From an uncultured Pseudomonadota bacterium (GTDB taxonomy: Bacteria; Desulfobacterota; Syntrophorhabdia; Syntrophorhabdales; CAYQXL01): a stretch of 64,000 nt of DNA. The stretch's first letter is position 1. Each line of letters begins with the position of its first letter. The stretch covers positions 54,440-118,439 of the forward strand of contig CAZYVU010000001.1 of assembly GCA_964651435.1 (NCBI GenBank), written 5' to 3'. The notes below the pieces were generated by a model. It was given only the letters and a program-made list of their open reading frames with translations. It was not told where the DNA came from and did no database searches. The position numbers and the translations under genes were made by a program. This document shows positions 19,509-26,812 of this stretch, one piece after another.

Positions 19509-21089
19509 ATGAAAGTCCTCATAGCAGATCCACTTTCTGAAAAGGCATTGGAGATCCTCAAGGCCGCCAACCTGGAAGCCGACGTAAAAACAGGCTTGAA
19601 GGGCGAGGAGCTCGAAGCAATCATAGGCGACTACGACGCCCTCGTCGTTCGAAGCGCTACGAAGGCAACAAAAAGCATCATCGACAAGGGCGCAAAATTG
19701 AGGGTTATCGGCAGGGCCGGCATCGGCGTGGACAACGTCGATGTGGCGGCGGCGACAGAAAAGGGCGTGGTAGTCATGAACACCCCTCAGGGAAACGCCC
19801 TTGCGGCAGCCGAGCACGCCATCGCCCTTATGTTTGCGGCGGCCCGGAAGGTAGCCATGGCAGACAGAACGATGAAGCAGGGCAAGTGGGAGAAAAAGCT
19901 CTTCATGGGTACCGAGGTGTACGGCAAGACCCTGGGAGTCATCGGCATCGGCAACATCGGCCTGCTCGTGGCCGAGAAAGCCGTCGCTTTGGGCATGCGG
20001 GTCCTTGCATATGACCTCTACGTGTCCAGAGACTTTGCGGCGAGTAAAGGCATAGAACTTGTGGACTTCGACGCCCTCCTGAAGGAGAGTGACTTCATCT
20101 CCATTCACCTGCCGCTCGTCAAGGACACCCGTAACCTTATCAACAAAGACGCCTTCGCAAAAATGAAGAAGGGCGTCATTCTTCTCAATACGGCCAGGGG
20201 CCCCATCATCAACGAGAAAGACCTCCTGGAGGCCCTCGAAGCAGGCCAGGTGGCTATGGCCGCTCTCGACGTCTTCGACGAAGAACCTCCCCAAAAGGAC
20301 AACCCTTTGGTTCTATCGGAAAAGACTGTCTGCACGCCCCACCTGGGCGCGTCCACGAAAGAGGCCCAGGACAAGGTGGCCATCGATATCGCAAACCAGA
20401 TTGTGGACTTTTTCCAGAACGGCGTTATAAAAAACAGCGTCAACGCGCCTTCCGTTTCTCTTGAAACGGCAAAGCAGATCACGCCCTACCTGAAGCTTTC
20501 CGAGAATCTGGCCACACTGCTTTCAACCATTACGGAGTTTCCCATTGCCGAGATCGATATTCGCTACATGGGCGACATTTCGGCCGTGGACACAAAGATT
20601 CTCACCCAGGGCATCATCAGAAGCATCCTGGCGCTTCAAATGGAAGGCGTCAATTATGTGAATGCACCTTCCGTGGCAAAGGCCCGCGGCATAAAGATCC
20701 ACGAGACGAAGACGGGGGAGCACGAAGATTTCACCTCTCTCCTCGCCATTACGGTCCGCGGTGAGGGCAAAGAGAATACCGTGCAGGGGACACTGTTGGG
20801 AAAGAAGGCCCCGAGGCTCATCAAGATCAACAACGTTTACCTCGAGGCAGACCTTCAGGGTTACATGCTTTTTGTATACAACTACGACAAGCCGGGAGTT
20901 ATCGCCAGCATCGGCAACGTCTTCTTTATCAGAGGCATCAATATCGGCGGCATGCACTTCGGCAGGGAGAGCATCGGCGGCCTCGCCATTTCCCTCCTTG
21001 ACCTTGACAGGGAAATTGAAGACAACGTCATCAGGGAGATTCAGTCTCTTCCCAACATCATAAGCGCCAAGCGCATTGCCTTCGGCTGA
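19509..21089 (+). CDS. serA: D-3-phosphoglycerate dehydrogenase (long form with ASB and ACT domains)
   Basis: Rossmann GIIGIGNIG-like motif (GVIGIGNIG), catalytic R/E/H region (TPHLGAST) and a C-terminal ACT-like domain. 526 aa. Confidence 0.93.
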   Translation: MKVLIADPLSEKALEILKAANLEADVKTGLKGEELEAIIGDYDALVVRSATKATKSIIDKGAKLRVIGRAGIGVDNVDVAAATEKGVVVMNTPQGNALAAAEHAIALMFAAARKVAMADRTMKQGKWEKKLFMGTEVYGKTLGVIGIGNIGLLVAEKAVALGMRVLAYDLYVSRDFAASKGIELVDFDALLKESDFISIHLPLVKDTRNLINKDAFAKMKKGVILLNTARGPIINEKDLLEALEAGQVAMAALDVFDEEPPQKDNPLVLSEKTVCTPHLGASTKEAQDKVAIDIANQIVDFFQNGVIKNSVNAPSVSLETAKQITPYLKLSENLATLLSTITEFPIAEIDIRYMGDISAVDTKILTQGIIRSILALQMEGVNYVNAPSVAKARGIKIHETKTGEHEDFTSLLAITVRGEGKENTVQGTLLGKKAPRLIKINNVYLEADLQGYMLFVYNYDKPGVIASIGNVFFIRGINIGGMHFGRESIGGLAISLLDLDREIEDNVIREIQSLPNIISAKRIAFG

Positions 21090-21113
21090 GAGGCGCACAA
21101 AACAGAATACATT

Positions 21114-21148
21114 CAGAGGCCGGGTACGGGAGAACCGCCCGGCCTCTG
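21114..21148 (+). other. Perfect 11-bp stem hairpin downstream of serA (no U-tract)
   Basis: CAGAGGCCGGG (21114..21124) pairs with CCCGGCCTCTG (21138..21148) around a 13-nt loop, 25 nt after the serA stop and 24 nt before the next start. Confidence 0.6.
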
Positions 21149-21171
21149 ATTCCCCCGAAAGGACCGGCACT

Positions 21172-21816
21172 GTGGGTAAGGCAATTGAATGGGTCCTCTT
21201 TGATTTTGATGGGACGCTTACACCGCTGACGCTCGATTTCGGCTCCCTACGGGCCCGCGTCGAGGACATAGCCAGGGAGTTCGGCGCACTGAACGAACTG
21301 CCCCGCCTCAAGAACCACTACATCCTGGAGATGATCTACAGCATCGAGGACGCCCTGGGGTCGCAAGGGCCCGCGTTCAGCAGCAAGGCACTGGAGGTGC
21401 TGACGGCCCTGGAGCTCGAGGCCTCCAAGGGTAAAGGCCTTTATCCCTTCGCGCGGGATGTTCTGGCGACGCTGCGGCAAAGGGGCGTCCGCCCCGGAAT
21501 CATCACCCGAACGTCTGTGAAGGTCGTGCGTCAAGTCTTTCCCGACGTCACCGGGTACATGGAGACCGTCGTCACCCGGGAACACACGAGGCTCCTCAAG
21601 CCCCACCCCGCCCACGTTACGCTCGCCCTGAAGCGGCTCGGACTCCCCCCGGAAAGGGGGCTTATGGTGGGAGACCATCCAACCGATATCGTGGCAGGCA
21701 ATGAGGCGGGGGCAAGGACCGTTGGCGTCCTGACGGGAAGGACGGAAAGGGGGGCCCTCGAAAAGGTTGGCGCCACATATATCGTCGACGACATCAGGGG
21801 CCTCCTCACCATGTAA
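21172..21816 (+). CDS. HAD-superfamily hydrolase (phosphoglycolate phosphatase-like)
   Basis: In-frame part of ORF 21076..21816. GTG start just before the HAD motif I, LFDFDGTLT. Motif IV is GD...DI.AG..AG. Confidence 0.8.
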   Translation: MGKAIEWVLFDFDGTLTPLTLDFGSLRARVEDIAREFGALNELPRLKNHYILEMIYSIEDALGSQGPAFSSKALEVLTALELEASKGKGLYPFARDVLATLRQRGVRPGIITRTSVKVVRQVFPDVTGYMETVVTREHTRLLKPHPAHVTLALKRLGLPPERGLMVGDHPTDIVAGNEAGARTVGVLTGRTERGALEKVGATYIVDDIRGLLTM

Positions 21817-21896
21817 CATATTGTATTACTTATTGAAGCTGTGCTTCCGCTTTCCAATTGCCCAAAAATATTGTATACAAACTATGGAAGTCGACC

Positions 21897-23450
21897 ATGG
21901 ATGGCCCGGTAACAAACGTAGGTGAATGGATAGGTAGGTGGGCGGCCATTACGCCGCAAAAAGTGGCTGTCATCGCTGAAGGCGAGGCCATCACGTACGC
22001 ATCCCTTAACGCAAACACCAACCGCCTCTGCAACCTTCTTCTGAAGCAAGGCATCTCGAAGGGAGACCGGGTGGCCGTTCTCCTGCGCAACTGCAGGCAA
22101 TATGTGGAGATATTTTTTGCCGTGTCGAGAATCGGCGCCATTCTCGTACCCCTGAACTGGAGGCTGGCCGTTCCCGAGATGGAGTTCATTCTGCGCGACA
22201 GTGCCGCCCGGTGTATCATCTTCGACAGCGAATTCCTGGAAAACGCCGATGCCCTCAGGGCCAAGGCCCCGGGTGACTACTCGCTGGCGGTGGGAAAGGG
22301 AGGCGACGCGCCGGACACCCTCCCTGCATGGGCAGATGGTTACGGAGAGGCGACGGCGGGCCGATCGACGGACAGGCCGGAGCATACCTGGACGGTGGGG
22401 GACGACGATCCCCACATCCTTATGTACACGTCGGGCACCACCGGCACGCCGAAAGGGGCCGTCCTGTCCCATCAGAAGACCTTCTACAACGCCCTCAATG
22501 CGGCAAACTACTTCAACCTCACCTCATCGGACACCATCATCATTAACAGACCGCTCTTTCATTCCGGAGGCCTCATCGTGGAAATGGCGCCTGCTCTCTA
22601 CAAGGGGGCCACCGTCATCATCGGCAGGCGCTTCAGCCCTCAGCAGATCCTGGAAACCGTTGCGAAACACAAGGTGACGATCCTGGAGCTCCCGGCCACG
22701 GTCTACAACTTTATGCTCCGGGAGTGCACCATAGACAATTACGATTTGAGCTCCCTCAAGTGCTGTTTCACGGGCGGCGAACGCGTGCCCGTGGCCCTCC
22801 TTGCGGCCTTGGCCGAGAAAGGGCTTGTGGTCTCACAGATTTACGGCCTCACCGAGGCGTCGACCCTCTTCTGGCTCCCGACTGAATACGCCAGTGCAAA
22901 AATGGGCTCCGTGGGAAAGCCGGTCTTTCACGGCACCGTGCGCATCGTCAACGACGAAGGCGGGCCGGTCGGGCCGGGAGAGGTGGGTGAGATCATCGTC
23001 AGCGGCCCCATCGTAATGAACGGCTACTGGCGGCAGCCGGAACTGACGGCCGAGGTGATTCAGGACGGGTGGCTCAGAACGGGAGACCTGGGGCGAACGG
23101 ACGACGAAGGATTTGTCTACATAATCGACCGCAAGAAAGACATGTTTATCAGCGGCGGTGAGAACGTATACCCCGCCGAGGTGGAAAAGGTATTGTTCGG
23201 CCATTCCGCCGTGGCGGATGCCGCCGTCATCGGTGTGGCTGACGAGAAATGGGGAGAGGTGGGCAAGGCATTCGTTGTCCTCCGCCAGGGTCACGACGCC
23301 GATGCGCCGACCCTCATGGGCCACCTCAGCCGCGCCCTGGCGAAATACAAGGTGCCAAAATACGTTGAATTCGTTGACTCCCTGCCCAAGACCGCTTCCG
23401 GCAAGGTTTTGAAAAGGCTCCTGAAAACAAAAAGGGCCAAGACCGGTTGA
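21897..23450 (+). CDS. AMP-dependent acyl-CoA synthetase/ligase
   Basis: ORF 21858..23450 (track start is TTG; ATG at 21897 preferred). AMP-binding motif YTSGTTGTPKGA, TGD...D.EG, and C-terminal K(V/I)PK..EF...LPKT.SGK. Confidence 0.9.
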   Translation: MDGPVTNVGEWIGRWAAITPQKVAVIAEGEAITYASLNANTNRLCNLLLKQGISKGDRVAVLLRNCRQYVEIFFAVSRIGAILVPLNWRLAVPEMEFILRDSAARCIIFDSEFLENADALRAKAPGDYSLAVGKGGDAPDTLPAWADGYGEATAGRSTDRPEHTWTVGDDDPHILMYTSGTTGTPKGAVLSHQKTFYNALNAANYFNLTSSDTIIINRPLFHSGGLIVEMAPALYKGATVIIGRRFSPQQILETVAKHKVTILELPATVYNFMLRECTIDNYDLSSLKCCFTGGERVPVALLAALAEKGLVVSQIYGLTEASTLFWLPTEYASAKMGSVGKPVFHGTVRIVNDEGGPVGPGEVGEIIVSGPIVMNGYWRQPELTAEVIQDGWLRTGDLGRTDDEGFVYIIDRKKDMFISGGENVYPAEVEKVLFGHSAVADAAVIGVADEKWGEVGKAFVVLRQGHDADAPTLMGHLSRALAKYKVPKYVEFVDSLPKTASGKVLKRLLKTKRAKTG

Positions 23451-23475
23451 CAATACGACCACTTACTGTTATAAA
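23447..23475 (+). promoter_or_regulatory. Sigma70-type promoter for tRNA-Ala
   Basis: TTGACA (23447..23452, overlapping the ligase stop), 17 nt, TATAAA (23470..23475), 12 nt before the tRNA 5' end. Same architecture as the tRNA-Gly promoter. Confidence 0.7.
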
Positions 23476-23487
23476 AAGGAGCATCGT

Positions 23488-23563
23488 GGGGCTGTAGCTC
23501 AGATGGGAGAGCGCTTGACTGGCAGTCAAGAGGTCGACAGTTCGATCCTGTTCAGCTCCACCA
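23488..23563 (+). tRNA. tRNA-Ala (anticodon GGC)
   Basis: Acceptor GGGGCTG/CAGCTCC with the G3:U70 identity pair, anticodon loop CTGGCAG, T-arm GACAGTTCGATCCTGTC, encoded CCA. Confidence 0.93.
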
Positions 23564-23586
23564 TTAATTTCAGTAATTTACAAATT

Positions 23587-23613
23587 ACCCGGCAAAGTAC
23601 TGTCGGGTTTTTT
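23587..23613 (+). terminator. Rho-independent terminator after tRNA-Ala
   Basis: ACCCGGCA / TGTCGGGT 8-bp stem (one G-U), 6-nt loop, then T6. Confidence 0.8.
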
Positions 23614-23660
23614 CTACCCTATTTCTACCCACAGGAAGAAAAACAAGGAAATTGAGGGAA

Positions 23661-23865
23661 ATGGACCTTCCATTTTGCCCTTTCAGAGAGTCAAAACAAC
23701 AAGGCCCTCCAGTCGGTAAATCAAAGTTAGATAACAACTTCAGGAGCCGCCTCGTTACACTCGCGGCTTATCATGGTTTCCCACACGAAGCGCGAAGACC
23801 GAACAGGAAGCATTAGTGCGCGTCTTATGGACCGCAACGAGAGGGTGATCTATGAAGAAGGCTAA
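23661..23865 (+). pseudogene. Degraded BrnT-like (DUF497/COG2929) toxin remnant
   Basis: The 30-codon ORF 23773..23865 reads MVSHTKREDRTGSISARLMDRNERVIYEEG, matching my memory of the BrnT C-terminus (V.HT..D..IRIISAR.a...E...Y). It overlaps the next ATG by 14 nt. Upstream, another frame reads ..FRSRLVTLAAY (like ERWVTLG), implying a frameshift plus deletion. Confidence 0.45.
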
Positions 23866-24343
23866 GGCATCAGACGAACTCCGCCCGGAGTATAAGCGAG
23901 AAGACCTTGGAGTGGGAGTCCGCGGTAAGTATTTTGAGGATTATAGCAAGGGCACAAACCTCGTGCTTCTCAGCCCTGACGTGGCAAAGGCATTCTCTTC
24001 CGACGAAGCCGTCAATGAGGCCCTACGGTCTCTGATTGATCTGGCCGAAAAATCGACAGGCCGAACAGGTCATTCCACCGGATCGGCTACCATGGCAGCC
24101 GAAGCCACTATTGTGAAAGAGATTCGTCTGGACGACCTGAATAGTTTGATCGTGAGGCAAGAAGACGAGGGCACAGTTACCGTGGAAATTCTCCATACGG
24201 CAAAAAGAAATCTGGTCCGGAGATCTACATCAGGAAGCGGATTGGTTGAAGCCAGCCATATCAGAGCAGTTACGTTAGAAGGCGGTTGCCCACAATATTT
24301 GGTGACGATCCATGTCTGTCCCATGCCCCTTGCCCCTATATAG
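23852..24343 (+). CDS. Antitoxin-like protein (RHH-type N-terminal region) with an unexplained ~90-aa C-terminal extension
   Basis: The N-terminal ~70 aa (DELRPEY...GVRGKY....GTNLVLLSPDVAKAF.SDEAVNEALRSL) resembles small antitoxins encoded after BrnT-type toxins. The rest has no recognisable domain. Confidence 0.55.
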   Translation: MKKAKASDELRPEYKREDLGVGVRGKYFEDYSKGTNLVLLSPDVAKAFSSDEAVNEALRSLIDLAEKSTGRTGHSTGSATMAAEATIVKEIRLDDLNSLIVRQEDEGTVTVEILHTAKRNLVRRSTSGSGLVEASHIRAVTLEGGCPQYLVTIHVCPMPLAPI

Positions 24344-24399
24344 CTTTAAAGAAGCCTGCATTCCTTCCGGTTTTTTCAAAGGCGAACCGACTCCATCCT

Positions 24400-25182
24400 T
24401 CACCGGTGATTCGGCGATGGGTACTTCGTCATGAACCGGTCTGCCACTGCCAGAATCCTCGTATCCAATATTCCGGACACCCGCGTTGCTATGTCGACAG
24501 GAAGCGTTCCGTAATATGCGTGGGCGATCCCGCCGGCGATGCAGGCGATGGTGTCGGAGTCTCCGCCTATCGATATGGCCTTCCTCACCGCGTCTTCGTA
24601 GCCGTCGGATTCGAGGAACGCCGTGATGGCCTGGGGGACTGACCCATCGCAGTTGGACTGGTGCTTGTAGTAACGCCGTATCTCATCGAGGGGCTCGCCG
24701 AGATCGTAGGCAAAGGTACGCTCAGCGTATGCCCTGATTTCCGCCTTGCTCCTTCCGGTCCGGGCGAGGAAGACCGCCGACGCCACCGCCTGGGCGCCGC
24801 CGATAGCCTCGGGCGTGTTGTGGCTCGGGATGGCGGTGAGGCGTGCCTGGGCAAGCACTTCCTCCAGGGTGTGGAATGCAAAGCCGATGGGACTGACGCG
24901 CATGGCAGACCCGTTGCCTTTGCTGGCACCCTGCCCTATCCTTCCTGAGGCCGCCCACTTGCGGAAGCGCGGCCCATAGCCCCTCTGGGGATAGAGGCGA
25001 TACCATTCCCTGAGCTTGCCTCCGTAGTCCGCGTGTGTCAGAATCGCGTCGGCTACGGCAACGGTCATGACCGTGTCGTCGGTGAAGTGGCAGTTCGGAT
25101 CGAAGAGCGGAAAGTCTGTCCGCGTTATGTTGTTCAGCTCGTAGACGGAGCCGATGATGTCTCCTGCTATAGCGCCGAGCAT
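24400..25182 (-). CDS. ADP-ribosylglycohydrolase family protein
   Basis: In-frame part of ORF 24400..25227; start MLGAIAGDIIGS. Motifs FTDDTVMT, GNGSAMRVSPIG, and GGDSDTIACIAGGIAHAYYG (di-metal site). Confidence 0.9.
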   Translation of the reverse strand: MLGAIAGDIIGSVYELNNITRTDFPLFDPNCHFTDDTVMTVAVADAILTHADYGGKLREWYRLYPQRGYGPRFRKWAASGRIGQGASKGNGSAMRVSPIGFAFHTLEEVLAQARLTAIPSHNTPEAIGGAQAVASAVFLARTGRSKAEIRAYAERTFAYDLGEPLDEIRRYYKHQSNCDGSVPQAITAFLESDGYEDAVRKAISIGGDSDTIACIAGGIAHAYYGTLPVDIATRVSGILDTRILAVADRFMTKYPSPNHR

Positions 25183-25613
25183 AACGGCCTCCCTTCGTTG
25201 TCGGTCCCTTTCAGGCGCGCGTACCACTTCCCTTCCTCGTCGACAAAGTCAAGGGCGCCGTCATCGAGCGTCCAGAAGATGGGGCCCTGAAATCCCAGGG
25301 CCGACGTGAAGCCTCCCTCAAGGAAATACCAATCGACGGGTGGGCGATCATACTGCAGGCCGAGGGTCCTGAGACAGCCTATGCTGTGATTCAGATCGTC
25401 AAGGGACATGGCTGCCGTTGAACATAAGGACCCGTCCATGTCCCAGGCATCGCCCGTCTCCCTGAAGAAGGCAAGGATGTCGCCGTTGCATGCCTTCCGA
25501 AGGGCATCCATCTTCACAAGGAGTGTAAAGAAGACGATCGATATCCCGCCATTGGCAGGTCGGAGAAGAATCGTCCGGTCTTGCCGCGTGTCGTTGTTTT
25601 CTGGCGTTTCCAT
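25167..25613 (-). CDS. Hypothetical protein, translationally coupled to the ADP-ribosylglycohydrolase gene
   Basis: 148 aa with a GGGGGA RBS 4 nt upstream of the ATG. Its 3' end overlaps the ARH start by 16 nt. No domain recognised. Confidence 0.55.
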   Translation of the reverse strand: METPENNDTRQDRTILLRPANGGISIVFFTLLVKMDALRKACNGDILAFFRETGDAWDMDGSLCSTAAMSLDDLNHSIGCLRTLGLQYDRPPVDWYFLEGGFTSALGFQGPIFWTLDDGALDFVDEEGKWYARLKGTDNEGRPLCSAL

Positions 25614-25646
25614 GGCATCCCCCTGACATGATAGTCACCAGAAGAT

Positions 25647-25672
25647 AAAAAAACCGTCCAGGTCAGGACGGT
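25647..25672 (-). terminator. Intrinsic terminator inside the 5' leader of the 25613 gene
   Basis: Minus strand ACCGTCC-tgacct-GGACGGT followed by T7, ending about 33 nt upstream of the ATG. Confidence 0.75.
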
Positions 25673-25790
25673 CGGCAGAATGGAGAGCTTTTCGGGATTG
25701 TCTCCCGCACATCGGACGGCTTTCACCATCCAAGGCACCGTAGTCTCCAACTCGGTTGCCGAACCCCTTTCGGGGTTGCTCCTGATGCTG
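25673..25790 (-). ncRNA. Structured 5' leader (candidate riboswitch/attenuator aptamer region), class unassigned
   Basis: Lies between the promoter and the terminator. GNRA hairpin AACCCC-GAAA-GGGGTT (25762..25777). Hairpin CGGGA-gacaa-TCCCG (25693..25707). Possible closing helix TGGAGA/TCTCCA (25744..25749 with 25681..25686). The terminator 5' arm CCGTCC is duplicated at 25714..25719. Confidence 0.45.
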
Positions 25791-25794
25791 CAAT

Positions 25795-25824
25795 ACTGTA
25801 AATCCATCGGGGCAGGTAAGTCAA
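25795..25824 (-). promoter_or_regulatory. Sigma70-type promoter driving the leader and the hypothetical/ARH pair
   Basis: Minus strand TTGACT (25824..25819), 18 nt, TACAGT (25800..25795). The -35 and the following 11 nt are identical to the c3 promoter. Confidence 0.6.
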
Positions 25825-26007
25825 TGGCCTTCTTTCAATGCGCTCATACTACGTCACTTGACGATGGTATCTATACCGGCGGCTCGAATGCGTGCCGATA
25901 AAGTGGCGGAGGGAGAATGAAATACCTTCCTCTGACCGGAGAAAGTGGGTCAGCCGACGGCAAGCACTTGAATTCTTCTGCTTCTTTGGCTCGGGGCAGG
26001 CGACTGC

Positions 26008-26463
26008 CTACTTCTTCCCTTCCTTTAGGCAGGCAATAGCGAACAGGACCTCTCCGGGAGTGTCCGGTTTGAATTGCGCCCAGTCGTCCTCGTCGTCCTC
26101 GAAGGACAGCAAGACGCTTCCCTGAGAGCTATAGGCCTTTAGAGATAACAGCCTTGCTGCACCCTTTTTGCAGTGTATTTCTGTAAGGCCGACCGTGTAG
26201 GCATAGGAACTGAAATCTCTTTGCCCTCCTGCTATCTCCTTGAGCCCGGCGATGTCCTTTTGCCTCTCTTCTTCGCTTGCCGGCGCCTGCTTATCGAGCA
26301 CCCTCACAGTATCTTCGGAGCGCCGCGAGATGCTTTCCTGGTCGTAGAAGAATGTCTGTCTCGCATTCTCGAAATACCTCACCCACTCCGCCCCCTCTGC
26401 CTCGGACCAGCCGGCGACAACGACCGTCATCACGATGATTGAAAGAAAGATTGCTCTCTTCAT
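26008..26463 (-). CDS. Secreted protein, surface-adhesin-E-like pattern
   Basis: Signal peptide (AGWSEAEG). Pattern W..Y......FYD..SI......V... then Y.......IHC......L....Y...G.VL......DDW....P.TPGE.L....C, which recalls the Adhesin_E-type family from memory. Confidence 0.6.
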   Translation of the reverse strand: MKRAIFLSIIVMTVVVAGWSEAEGAEWVRYFENARQTFFYDQESISRRSEDTVRVLDKQAPASEEERQKDIAGLKEIAGGQRDFSSYAYTVGLTEIHCKKGAARLLSLKAYSSQGSVLLSFEDDEDDWAQFKPDTPGEVLFAIACLKEGKK

Positions 26464-26482
26464 GCCCTACCTCGCTGGCCTA

Positions 26483-26511
26483 AATATAGCAAGGCGCAGC
26501 CAGCGTGACAA
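26483..26511 (-). promoter_or_regulatory. Sigma70-type promoter for the adhesin-E-like gene, bracketed by a 7-bp inverted repeat
   Basis: Minus strand TTGTCA (26511..26506), 17 nt, TATATT (26488..26483). CGCTGGC (26473..26479) and GCCAGCG (26499..26505) flank the -10. Confidence 0.55.
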
Positions 26512-26635
26512 GACTTTAATATCGGCTCCAAGACGACCTCCCCCACATCGATGGGAAGGCCAATGGCGGCCGTTGAGGCAACAGTCAGTGCGGGCCTGAC
26601 GGCTCCCACGCCCTATCTGCTGCCGGCGGAATGCT

Positions 26636-26725
26636 TTACTTGCCCTTCTTGGACTGCTTGTCCTGCTTCTTCGTCGCCTTCTGCTTCTGGCCCTTTTCCT
26701 TGTCCTTCTTGCCCTTGTCTCCCAT
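26636..26725 (-). CDS. Small lysine-rich protein (29 aa), below the ORF-track length cutoff
   Basis: MGDKGKKDKEKGQKQKATKKQDKQSKKGK. Strong RBS GGGGAGGAG 5 nt upstream. Own promoter 50 nt upstream. Confidence 0.5.
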   Translation of the reverse strand: MGDKGKKDKEKGQKQKATKKQDKQSKKGK

Positions 26726-26783
26726 AATGCTCCTCCCCGTCGTCTCGCTATGCCGTCAGTTCCGTCCGTCTATACGTTATGCA

Positions 26784-26812
26784 ATCCTATCCACACAGAC
26801 ACCCTTTGTCAA
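26784..26812 (-). promoter_or_regulatory. Sigma70-type promoter for the small Lys-rich ORF
   Basis: Minus strand TTGACA (26812..26807), 17 nt, TAGGAT (26789..26784). A 10-nt direct repeat AGGATTGCAT overlaps both hexamers. Confidence 0.5.

Noticed and set aside
25673-25790. Assignment of the ARH leader to a known riboswitch class (cobalamin because of GGTGAAAGCC; c-di-GMP-I or NAD+-I because of CAACCCC-GAAA-GGGG)
   Set aside because: Only short fragments resemble those consensus sequences. The defining conserved cores are missing (CCCGC..ACTG and the B12 box; ACGCACAGGGCAAAC..GACGCAAAGC). A covariance-model scan is needed.
25917-26039. 40-codon plus-strand ORF behind a strong GGAGGGAG Shine-Dalgarno-like sequence
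   Set aside because: It runs antisense into the 3' end of the adhesin-E-like gene. It has Ser/Leu/Arg-rich composition and no promoter I can see. It was kept only as a note.
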